From positions 496,001 through 560,000 of the forward strand of contig JAYWIR010000029.1 of the NCBI GenBank assembly GCA_036172245.1: a DNA stretch of 64,000 bases, given 5' to 3'. The notes beneath the pieces were generated by a model, which saw nothing but the letters and a program-made list of their open reading frames with translations, was not told where the DNA came from and did not search any database. Of this stretch, positions 27,601 through 39,700 are shown piece after piece. How positions within the stretch are numbered: the first letter of the stretch is position 1; each line of letters opens with the position of its first letter. The translations under genes and the position numbers were made by a program. This stretch comes from Raillietiella orientalis. Its lineage: Eukaryota.

Positions 27601-30600
27601 CGTAATTTCTTTTTCGCGTAAACAACTTCAAGCTTTTGCTACTGGAAATGGGCGCACATTCTCCATTTTCCCCAAATACTGATTTTTGAAAAGAAGACGT
27701 AACGAAGTTTGAAGAATTCAGCTACTCTGGCTTTCCGCGTTCGAGGAGCGCCGCGGGCACATTGCGACCACAAATGCGACCGGAAGAAATCCAAGTTGCA
27801 TGCATCCGTTCGAATCGATTTGCAAGTCGCTGTTGGAATATGCAATCGTTTCATCCCAGGATCTAAAAATTAACAACACTTGAGATTCGCGGCAACGGCT
27901 TCGACGATAAAGGCACACACGCGTGACGGTGCAGTGAGAGAGTCACCTTTCATCCATGTGAAAGACAGGTGAAACTATAAAGATAGAAACGCGATCAGCA
28001 TGGGGGAAGAAGATTTTTTCTTTCGTCCGAAGTTTTGCAGTCACATGTGCAGAAGACGATTTTCGAGTTGGATGCTCCAGTTGAGGATGGCGACGAGTTC
28101 CGATTCTCACGATCTTCGAAACTCCCTTGTATTTCTTTTTGCTTCTCGAGTCTCTCTGCAAGCTATCCTGAAGTAATCTGAACGCCATTTTCGTGGAAAT
28201 CCTTCAGCCACTACTGCGCGCGGAGAGCCCTGAGAAGCGACAATTCTTCCGTGATTCACATCTGTGGCTTGTGTGTTTTAGTTCCTGATTGCAGCCAAAC
28301 CATCAAACCTGTTGGTTGCAGCTGCCAATCCAACGAGGAATGCGACAGTTTAACCTGTGAAAGCGGACTGTGCCGTAAGTACACCATGATGGCGAAGCAT
28401 ACGTTTACTATACGTTTCCGACGTATTTTTCCACACGAGATAAACGTACGCAGTATGCGTGTTCTCTTTTCGAATGATCTCTTTGAATGAAATGAGTTGG
28501 GCACAAAAAACAAGATTCCCGTTGCGAGAGATGCCTCCGTAGGTCTACTGAAACCTGAAAGTGCACATGTGATCCTATTGACGATCCTATGGAACAGTGG
28601 CAAAGGAAGGACCCATTTGCCGCTTGCACATCATTGAGCTCATCCCTTGCTTTCCGTGTTATTTGATTTCCTACGCTCAAAACTTGAAAGCAGGAGTTTC
28701 TGTGACGTGTTGGTGCATTCGCAATAGCGAAGAATGCCTCAAACGTCCGCGATGGGAAAAGTTGATTTTTTCTTCCCGTTTTCCTTTGTTCGCATTCCTC
28801 GAAATATCCTCAGACAAAAGCATTTCGAAAAATCTGATTCGGAAACGACTGCATGAAAATGTCACGAACTATTTTTTTTTCCAGAGACTTGTAGCCGGTT
28901 TTTAGGTGTCGAAGGTTGCCCTTGTTTGTCCAACATGGATTGTGCAAGACATCTCGCATGTTCTTCAGGATTTTGTGGTTAGTCGAAACAGTAACCTATA
29001 TTGCAATAACGTGTCCATACTGCTTCTTTTCAACATGGGTGCTTTGGAGTGTAAATTCAATTCAAAAGTAGAGTAACTAGACTCCTGTTACTTCCAATGC
29101 ATTATCTATAGTCGTTTGAATGGAAAGAATAGAAAAAGTCTCCCCAAAAGGAAACCAAAACACAATTTTCTAATCTTAGAAACTCGGCCGCAGTGCGAAA
29201 AATCGTCGGCGTCGGTGTACTGCCCCTGCAATGGAAAAAAATGCGTCTCGGGATTGGAATGCAAGGAAAAATTATGCAGTAAGTACGGACTTTCAAGGAA
29301 GGCATTCGAGACAACGCAAACGCCGACACGAGCGTAGCACCACTTTCGATTACACTTGTTTCCAATCAATTGGAAACTGTGATCCATCACTTAGCAACTC
29401 GCTCTTTGCACTCTCGATCCGGGGGAAAGTATTGGAAAGTCATTTTTAGAGCTGCATGGGTCACATGCTCGGAATTGAGATCGGGAGCAGCGGAGTATGG
29501 ATCTGAGAAGGAATGCACTTCAGGGACAAACATCCTTACAAAAGAGAAACAACATTTATGGTTTTGGTGCTGTAGATTAAACGGTCACTTTCATGTATGC
29601 GATTCGGTAAAAGATACTGCATTCGCTGATACATCGAGAAGGAAGTGTTACATCATTCCATAAGCAAATAGAAAATTGAAAATATAGAGGGGCAACCCGT
29701 TCGTCCCGAAGATGCTATGATTTCATTGCTGCACCTCTTATGAGGAGAGGGATGCTTTTCTCGGACCAAAAGTTCAAGGAGCAGTGTAAATGCCGCTGAA
29801 TGAAAGGAAAATTTCTGTCAAACAAAAGCTACCGGTTCATTTCTGTTGAATATGCAGTGGAAAGAAACAGAACCGACACGGATCTTCTCTCGGGTTCGCT
29901 TCCCTAGCCTTGAATCTGCGGGAGAAATGCACAAAGAATGGATTCCTTGTTTCGTGGGGTCCTTTGGAGGTTCAGTGTCCTGGAAAATTTTCAGTTATCA
30001 AAGAATGGAAATCGATCTTCGAAACGGAACGCAAGAATCCTGTGTTTGAACAGACCATGGATTCCTATCATAGCAGACGCCTTTCCTCTTCTTTAAACTT
30101 TGGCAACTTGCAGAGATTCACAGAATTTCCTTGCTGTCTCCTTATCTAATTGTTTTTTTTGCTCCATTGCTTGCAAGTTTCTCGTCTATTGGAAGCAAGA
30201 TGTCATTTTTTACACATTTTCGGATTCTTCGGAGGAGGAGGACGTCAAGAAGCAAGGCAATCTGAAATCATTCAAGGATCCTTGCAGCTTCAAAGCTCAA
30301 TCTATAGGTAGAAAGTAAACCCATTAATTTTTCTGCTTCTGTTGCAATTTCTGTTTTAAGTAAATCGGTTGCTGACTTCTTTTCCGGAAGTTGTGCACAT
30401 TCGATTGCGGTCAGGATAAACCAATTGCACTAAATGCTGGAATTTTTCGGCCACCGAAACAAGAAACTCTTGCTAAATCGCAAAACATCCGGAGCCTCTT
30501 CCGAAACGTAGCCTACGGAGAGTTTGCGGGCGTTCCTGTTTTTTCGAAGTTTTGGAATGTGGAAACTTTGTTTTTGAATGCGAGTCCACCATTAGTTTCA

Positions 30601-33600
30601 GAGCAAACTGGTGATGTACTCTCCTGAAAGTGGAGGAAGGTGCATTTGCACAGCTGCTGCAAATGAAACAGCAAGACCGCTGAAAGTGCTTAGTTGGGTT
30701 GCTTTCATACAATCCTCAACAAAGGAAGAGAATGATTCATGCTTGCCATGCTCTAACAGTTCGTTCAATGGTGTTGATCGCATGAGGCAAACGATGTGTA
30801 AAAACTGGATGACGATGGATGCTTATAGAGCCACCCTCATTCTGGAGGAAACGTTCGCGCCCAGTCTTGGAAAATCTTTCGACTCCCACATTGCAAAATT
30901 TTCTTCCTGAAGTTTAGTTCCTGTATCATGATTTGGGAATTTGAAGTGAAATACCAAGGACGTTAAAGGAAATGTGCTCTTGATCGTTTTTGTATGCACG
31001 CTGAATCCAGCTGCAACCTCGTACCTTTTCAAATCATACAAATTATTCAAGTGCGACCAATGTGTAACAAAAGCCTGTATTCGTTTTCAGTGTATCTGGA
31101 AGAAAAATGCCCCTCCCTCCCATGGCATTATGCGCCCTCTTGTCCCTGCTCGTCTCCCAAAGATTGCTCGTCTCACATGTGCAAGGGTGGAAAATGCAGT
31201 GAGCTCAAAAGTCTTCCTACTTGTTGCCATCTCTTGAAAAATTTATTAATGTGATCAAGAATTTCACAGAATCCCGAAGCGATTTTCAGTTTCTTTTCTC
31301 GAACTGTCTTCTTCTTCCATGCAAAAGTGCGAATCTCGTGAAGCAAAATAAAGTTCGAGAGGAACCGAAGAAATCCTTGTCATTTCAGCCACTTGTTCTG
31401 GAAGAGGTCGAGACGTCAACTGTGACTGCTTCCTGCCTGGAGATTGCAGACACCCATTCACCTGTGATTCGAATACGCATGTCTGCGGTATGCTCTCATC
31501 TTTTTTTCTGGGTGGCATTCCCCCCCCCCCCCTTTTCGTATTCCATTCCAGTGAGTAATCTTGCTCCAAAAACAATGATACATACAGACAGAACTCACAA
31601 TGAAACGGATTCCATGCATTCCAGGATGGGAACAAAATAACTCATAATGTTTGGGCTTGATTTCCAAAAAAAAAAAAAAAATTCGTTTATGTTTTCTTTG
31701 CTCTGTCGAATGAGCTTCGACCACAGAAACAGTTACATTGCTAGATGTCATGTGCTTTTTTCTAGTTCCAGATTGTGATTCATCACTGAAATCCCCGGGA
31801 TGTAGCTGCTCCTCGAATGCTGATTGCCGAAATGGGGAATGCAAGAGAAACATATGCGGTCAGTATTAATAAATTTTGGAGTTGAAAGCAAAGAAGCATT
31901 TACTTTCTGTAGCGAAATAAAAGTTTCCTTTGAACCCGAGGAGAAGAAGCTGTTCTTTTCTCGAACTGCTTCATTCGTATTGAACACTCCTGCACGCTAA
32001 CCCTAAATTCTCGGCGAGAACACGCGCGATTGAATTCTTTTGAGTGTAACTGCGTTTATCAGTTCCGACGTAACCACAGCAACTTTATGAACATTACGGA
32101 AAAGGAACGCTAAAAGGAAGTTGCTTGCTGAAACGAAAAACTGGTGACATCTTCGCCTTTGGAATTGTCTGCGTAGAACCTTCCTGGTCCGCTCCTGGCT
32201 TCGTATTCTCGGGTCTTTGTTGAAGGACTCCTTGGACGCTTCGAGATGAAGGCGCAGAATGCTATGCTTTTCGAAGTTTGCCTCCGATATCTGTTTATAA
32301 CAAGAGCGTGATAATCAAATGCCTTTGGGAGCAGCCCAAATGCTCGCTGGAAGATTTGCTGTACATCGTACTATGAAGCGCGCTTGTTCGAAGGGCACCG
32401 CAGGGAGTTACCATGTGATGGTTGCGTTGTCTCCTTTCCGGGAGTTTAGGTTGGCCTGCAGATCGGTTGACCGCTGCCAAGGAACCAGCGTTTCGGTTAA
32501 GCATTTAGGCATGCCGATTTGGTTTTCAGTGGTCTTGTTTGAAAAAATTCGTTCACAGGCTGCTCTAATGGGTCATGAGCAAACTGGAGACATGATCACA
32601 GATCATGATCATCTCATAGCCACGCTAGGGGACTAGCTTTCTTGTATCTTTGGCTGTGTAGATAAGGTGGTTGGATTACAATCAAAAAGCTGGTGTACTC
32701 TGATGCCTGCTTTGTTGCGTACAAAACTTACTAATAATGATTCGCAATTGCAGCATTTGTGTCGCTGTATTTCTTCGTGGCACAGGGAGGGTTGCTGATT
32801 TCTTTCTTTCTTTTCGATTTGAAAGAAAGAAAGCGGAAAATGGGCTGTGTTTAAGATTGTTCTTCCTTGGGATGCAAGAGAAAATTCTAGCCTTCTGCTC
32901 CATGAAGACCCACTGCTCCGCTCATGGTGCTTCGAGCGCGCATCTCCCTCTATCCCCTTTCTCAGAACTCACATCACGTATTATATGTTACGTATTTGTA
33001 AGTTTCTCTCACGAATTCATGAAAGAGTCAGGTAATGATCCAATACTGAGGTAGATGTTAGACAAAGACGGGCTCATTTTGAATAAGAAAACGCAATTTC
33101 AGCTTGGTGCACAAAAAAAGGAAAATACAGAGGATGCACTTGCAGTTTAACCTCCGAATGCGGCGGACTACTCGTGTGCATAGCCAATGTTTGCGGTAAG
33201 GTTTCCGATTCTGTCTGCCAAATTGTATTGACGGCAGAAGAATCCTTATTTCGGTGTGTGTGTTTGTGTGTTTCACTGATTCTTGAACATAAGGTAACCG
33301 TTTCACTGAAAGCAGTCAAGGTACGAGTGTAGAGCAGTGTTAATGTCGTTATGATGCCAAAATCGAAAGCATTGATAAGCCATTCCATGAACTGCTGTGT
33401 CTTAGTTCCAGATTGCTCGAAAACGCCGCTTATATCTCTCTGCAGATGCAAATCACCCGCAGATTGCGCAAGTGGAGTGTGCCACAGTGGACTCTGCGGT
33501 GAGTAGCAACCGACTTCTTCACCGTAAAAAAGTCTTCGATCTCGACAACCTGCATAAAGCACGTGAGGAACAACATGGCCTCAGCATGATCGATGATCCT

Positions 33601-33717
33601 ATCGAAAGGATCGAGCTTGAAAGTTTCAGAGGAGAGACTGGGTGGACGGTATGCCTGAAATGAACTGTATTACCAGCTGCTCAAACTGACGTTCTTACGT
33701 TGAGGTGGACGAAATAC

Positions 33718-33777
<60 letters not shown>

Positions 33778-36700
33778 TACCAGAAAAATTTTGCTCAGAT
33801 AAAAAGTTTTGAGATTTCCACCAATTGGCTTAAAATTAGATAGCTATGGCGCTTTGTTCTCCAAGCTTTCAAAACAGACCCAATGAATCGCACGAATGTG
33901 ACGCACTTTTCGAAAGAAGATTTTAGTAAATGCGATAATAAATAAGGCTTTTTAAGAGACTTAAATGCAGAAATTGGAAATTCGTCTCGAAAAGGGGAGA
34001 TCGTCTCACAAAATCCCGCATAGCAAGCACACTCTCGACTGAATGTGGAAAAGCAGTTGCTTTCCAGGAGTTTCTAGGTAGACGCGAAACATTGAATATC
34101 AATGCTTTTAAGCGAAAAAGACATTTGTTGGCAAACTTGATGAAAGATGCAAAGTATCGGAAATTATTTTTTCAATGGATGTATCTTTTTGATGTACTTG
34201 CCAGCTCCCTGCTCGAAAGAGATAGGAGAAACGAACTGCGCATGTGCTGCTCCTGATGATTGTCAGGGAAGATGTGATGCAATAACAGCAACTTGCAGTA
34301 AGGATCTTGTTTTCAAAATTTGAATAATGCTGCGTCCCTCCCCATGTGCATTAAAAATGACTCCTTGACCGTTAGCGAGGTGCTACAAATGAACCTGCAG
34401 GTTCCTACGGGAAGTACTGTGCGAATCCTTTGAGTGATTGTGACAGAGTCACCCGGATCGCTTGAACAGTTTGCAAAATTCTTCCTTTCCATTTCACATT
34501 CTTTACTCTTCTCGTTTCCGATGAGTTTGTTGAAACCCTTCAGAACAACTGTCAGGCAGAATACGGATCCATGAAAGTTTTACACAGCATGCTCTGTTCT
34601 TTCCAGTTAACTACTGCACCACCGGAAAGCATTTGCAAAAAGGAGGGTCTTGTCCTACAGGTCATTCCTGTGTTAGGACAAGTACGAAAGGAATATGCGG
34701 TAAGCGTTCTTTGGTTACAGACTCCCAGATCAATTCGTTCTTTGCAATCAGACTGTAGGCTTGGCTAATAGACACTTAAATCAGAATCGGGCGAGAAAGG
34801 ATCCTTGTTTGCTTCTTATCGCTGTAATGGTTCATCTTTCTGCAGATTTATAGTTTGCCTGCAACTGCTTACTTGCAGGTATAGATTTGCGTGATTTCGG
34901 GCAAGTTGGGTATACGTAGGTGGCCGTCATGCAGCAGCACGAACTAATGGTTTTTCATGTCATTTCATACAACCTGTTTCTGCCTCAGTCCATCACACCA
35001 TGTTCATGTTTCTGAGCATCACCTTTTTTCTTCTTCTTCTTCTTCTTCTTCTTCTGGAGGGGGGGGGGGGGGAATCAATTACGATGAGCTCATGTTTCGA
35101 AGCTGAGTTGGAATTTTTTTTTGGCTTCCCGTGCTTTCTAATTTGTCGAATATGCATTACAACTTCTGAAATGACGCGATTTTTCGTTTTCAACTTTTCC
35201 ATAATTCCTGTCTTCCTGCGACTACATTCGAGCCAAGTCGTTCGTTATTGTTTTCCATTTGATTGTACTGATCCTTCTTTTGCAAGTTCCCTCTGCTGCG
35301 TGCAAGTCGACGAAAAGCACATGCCTCTGTCCTCATCCCAAGTGGTGCAGCGTGGGCTGCTCTTGTGGTACTCCGCATGCTGATCAGACGCATTCAATAA
35401 ACGAGTCTCCCATCTAGCGAAGTGTGCGTATCCAGCGCCGAAATACTGTCCGTGTTCGGTTCCTTCAAACTGTCTGGGGAAACTGATCTGCAGATACTAC
35501 GACGACTTCAGCGGGGTTTGCGGCAAGTATCCATCCATCAGAGAGAAAGAACTGAATAGTTGATGAATTGCATTGTGAAGACGATGCATGTACAAGTACC
35601 GTGTCATTCCCGTACTGCCCTTGCAAGTCCAGTTTCCAGTGTGCAAGCGGAACGTGTATCCAGGAAACTTGTGGTAGGAGGGCATCTTTCGATTCATTCG
35701 TGGAGGTTTTCTCTCTCTCTCTCTCTCTCTTTCACTTGATTGATGATATCACTTTTACCATTTGTCATGCGAATGAGAAAGAGGAAACTTTTTGTAGACA
35801 TTTGCCGCGGAGGAAATCGCAAGGAATACTGCCAATGCGAAAAGCATGAAGACTGCGAGAAATCCTTGAGATGTGTAGAGGGAATATGTAGTGAGTAATG
35901 ATGTTTTCTACATCCAAGTCTTCGATCTTCCACCAAGTGATCGTCGGAAATTCAATTCTGTTGAGATTTTTTTTTTTTGCCTTCGGGTGCGATGAGTCTC
36001 ATCAAGATCATGAGCCTACGCTCATGCACTGATCCCAATTCCACATGCCAGGAATTCTCTTGCTCAGTGCGAATCTTAGCAAGCACGAAACTATGGGGTC
36101 GATTTTTTTGGTCATGCAGTCGAGTAGTAACGAACAAAACTGTGTGTCTGCCTCTCATAACTCTGATTTGGAGTATTCAAACATCCGTTAACGACAAATG
36201 TGGAAATGTAAACTTGAGAGCAAGTATTTTACCAGCATCCGCTTAACCCACTCGGGCTTGTCTTCCGCACTCCTACCTTGCCAGAGCTTCTGAGTGTGAA
36301 GCCACTGGCAATATGATATTCTAGGTCGCCTGATATGCCCACCAAATCCTCCATTTCCTCCGGAGTGTGACTGCATTGAACATTCGCAATGTGCTTGTGG
36401 AGTATGCTACAAAGCGAAATGTGGTAAGTGGCTAGAATTTTCGAGAACACTGCCTTCTCCGGCCAATCGTTTACCGCAACTTTGTCATCAAGTCTTCTGG
36501 TCTTGAACTTTTTAAATCTCACTCGGATTCCCCGTCAAGAAGCACAAACAAGTGCTTACTGCTTTCATGGTCATGAGGAAAACTAGTAATAACCCGATCG
36601 CAATGCTGTTAGATGCTGTCGCGATGCAAACGCGCTTCATGTTTACGTGTTGGGCATTCTAACGAGCAGCACTCCCAAGGGGAAATACGTGTACGAAATT

Positions 36701-39700
36701 TGGAATACACAGTAGTTTCCTCTCTTCACTTTTTGATGAAATGATCTCGCTGACAGTTACAGCTTCCGATAAGTGTGGCAAGGAACAGTGCAATTGCAAG
36801 GAGGATGCTGACTGCCGCGGAGAAAGCATCTGCAGCAGATGTTACTGCCGTAAGTTTTCAAATGCTGCTCTCCCTGGTTCTTCATGTGAGATTCAGGAAA
36901 ATGCCAATACGCTTTCGCCCCTGGATGCCCTTGTAGCAACTCTCGTCAGTGTGAAGGGGTATGCAACCTAAGCGAGCTGAAGTGCACCCCAGGTAGAGAA
37001 AAATTGCACATTTTGTATTTCATTCACTTTCAACGAAGATGAGAAACGATCTCCTGCAGCGAGTGCACCGACTGAACGGTTTGTCGTTTGCAAAGGCCTT
37101 GCCTTCTTAATCCATGGATTCGAAACGTGACAAATGAGAGATTCGCGCGCTTGCCGTAGTAACTTTGAGGACCTGAAGCGCGCGCGCGTTTCCCTCTCAA
37201 ATCCCCGAGTCATCTGCCTTTCAGACACGCTCTGCAAATTCATCGGAGCTCCGGGATGCCCTTGCAGCAATAAGGAGCAGCCATGTCGACATGAATGCGT
37301 GACTTTCAAAAGTTTCAGCTTCTGCGGTAAGGGGCTGTTTGCATTCAGAATCCTTCTTTCCATTCTGACTGTGATCAGTCTGGAAGCATCGCGAGCACTT
37401 TCCAATGGCAACCAGTTTCGCTTCCCGTTTCTTCCGCATGTTGCGACGAAATGACGCAGACACCAATCTCAAACTCTTCTGTCCGTAGGAAACTGCAAGA
37501 AACCACCTTTCAGCCCCTACTGTCCATGCAGCAAGCCCGATTCTTGCAAGAGTTTGCAGTGCGTGGACAAATTCTGCTCTCCGGATGACAGTCAGTACGC
37601 CGATTCGGAACTTCCCGATTCATACTGGCTTCCTTTTCCATGCCAGGCGCGTGTGCAGCGATGGCAGCGAAACCGCCCACGTGTAGGTGTGCACATCCCA
37701 GTCACTGCCTGAGGTCACTGTGCCTCAACAAGACATGCGGTATGAAAAGTTGCTTCCTCGTGATCAGTTCTTTTCAGAAAATGTGCGTGTTCAGCCTTTG
37801 AGGAAGCATGCTCGCGTGGAGACACTGAGGGATGCCCCTGCGACAGCTCGAAAGCTTGCGGAAAGAAGGATTGCCTTGCGGTTTTCGACGACCTCAAGAA
37901 ATGCACTGGTACTGAATGGGTCTTGCTGTTTCCTCGGAGACTGTTGTTGTGTTCAGTGTGTCCCCGAGGCGGTGGTTGTCCTTGTAATCCCGAGTGCACG
38001 GTTTGCATAATCCATCCAAGAGGATACATTTGCGATGGAGGTTGGGCTCAACTTGGTGCATTCCATGCTTTGAATTTGTGTTTCCTCATTCCTGCTGCTT
38101 CGGCTGGAAACTCGAAATCCTATCCTGTTTAGGAATTTGCCAGCAGCACGTGAGACCTCCCGGATGTCCCTGCACGAATCACGAGGAGTGCGAGGAAAAG
38201 TTCTGTAGCGGGAAAGCATGCGGTAGGATTCGCTTTCACGAGCTGTGGAAGATGGGCGAACTCTTTAGGCTGTTCGCCACCTTACCCGGATGGGTGCACG
38301 TGCTCCTCTCCGGAAGAATGCTTCAACATTTGCGAAAGAAATGCGAAAACAGGGTTCCTTAGTTGCGGCGGTGCAGGTACGTGGTCGATATGCTGCGGGC
38401 TGCCAAAAATCTTTGGGAGTGTGATTCTGCGCGATTTCCCGCAAAGGGAGTAGTAACTCAACTCACCTTGTATCGTAGCCAAGTGTTCGGGAAGAAAAGT
38501 GGACGGGTGCTCTTGCGTGTCGGATAGGCAGTGCATTTCCAATTCCTGTGTGAAACCTGAGCCAACATCGGCGTTCGGAACATGCTGTGAGTTGTTCAAC
38601 TGGGTCTGCGTTGCAGTTAAGACCATGGCAGCCCGTGAAAGACTCGAAAACATTTCCTCGTCAAAACGAATCCGCCCTGTGCTGTTTCCGTTTTCAGCAG
38701 CGCTGCTCCTCCTTCTTTCACCAAGCCTTCATGGAGATGTCCCCTCTGAAACTGCTCTGATTCGATTTCGATTCCTCAGTTTTTCCTTCTAAATTCCAAG
38801 CATCGCGGTTTCCCATGTAACAGGTTGATTCCGTTCCCTGCAGCTGGCCGGTGTCGCAGATTCCTTGTTACTTCACCATACGTGGGGAGCGAATGATCTA
38901 ATGATTAAGCGATAGTGGCTGATTAACCCAAATGCGATGTTGCAGATCCACAGTGCAATGTGCCCCTCAAATCGCCCTTCTGCGCATGCAACTCCCCAAA
39001 AGACTGCAATCATAACGTATGCGGCAGACAGCAGGGTAAAAAAGTATGCGGTACGCACTTTTCATTCTTTACCACTTTTGCAAACACAGAACAGTCGCTC
39101 GGCTCAAGCGGTGCACATTCCTTTCTTTTCATTCCAGTGAATTGTGTTGCTGCCCCCCGACTTCCTGGCTGTCCGTGTACTTCCAATGCGCACTGCAAAC
39201 ACCATTGCAGGAGGCGCCGGTGCACAGGTATCGTGAGGGCTCCCGCACTCTTTTCTTCCCCCTCTTCCTATTTCTGATATTCATCCTTTTGGGCGACCTC
39301 TGTTAGTGTGGGAAAAAAGCTTTTAACTCTGGAAGAGAAGTTGCTGTATGTATTCGAGCCACTTCCCCATTGCCCTGCATCCCCCCTGCCCCCCTCAAAA
39401 AACAAAAAAAATTAAAAAAAAAAACATGTACACCGCGCTTGCTTCCGCATTTTTCTTCCCGACTTTAAGAGTTCAAGTAAACAACGTTCTTTGATAGCTC
39501 ATTCCAGACTCCGGCTGTTCCAAACAAAGGTGGCGGCCGAGCGGTTGTCCTTGCAGAACATCGGATGAGTGCTTCTCCGGGAAATGCGTTCCGAGTGAGT
39601 CGGCAAAAGGCTTGAGTTGTGCAGGTAGGATGATGACGCTCATTCATTCGTTGTACCGAGCACCGCTTCACCGCCGAAGAGAGGGGGAAAAAATGCTCCA

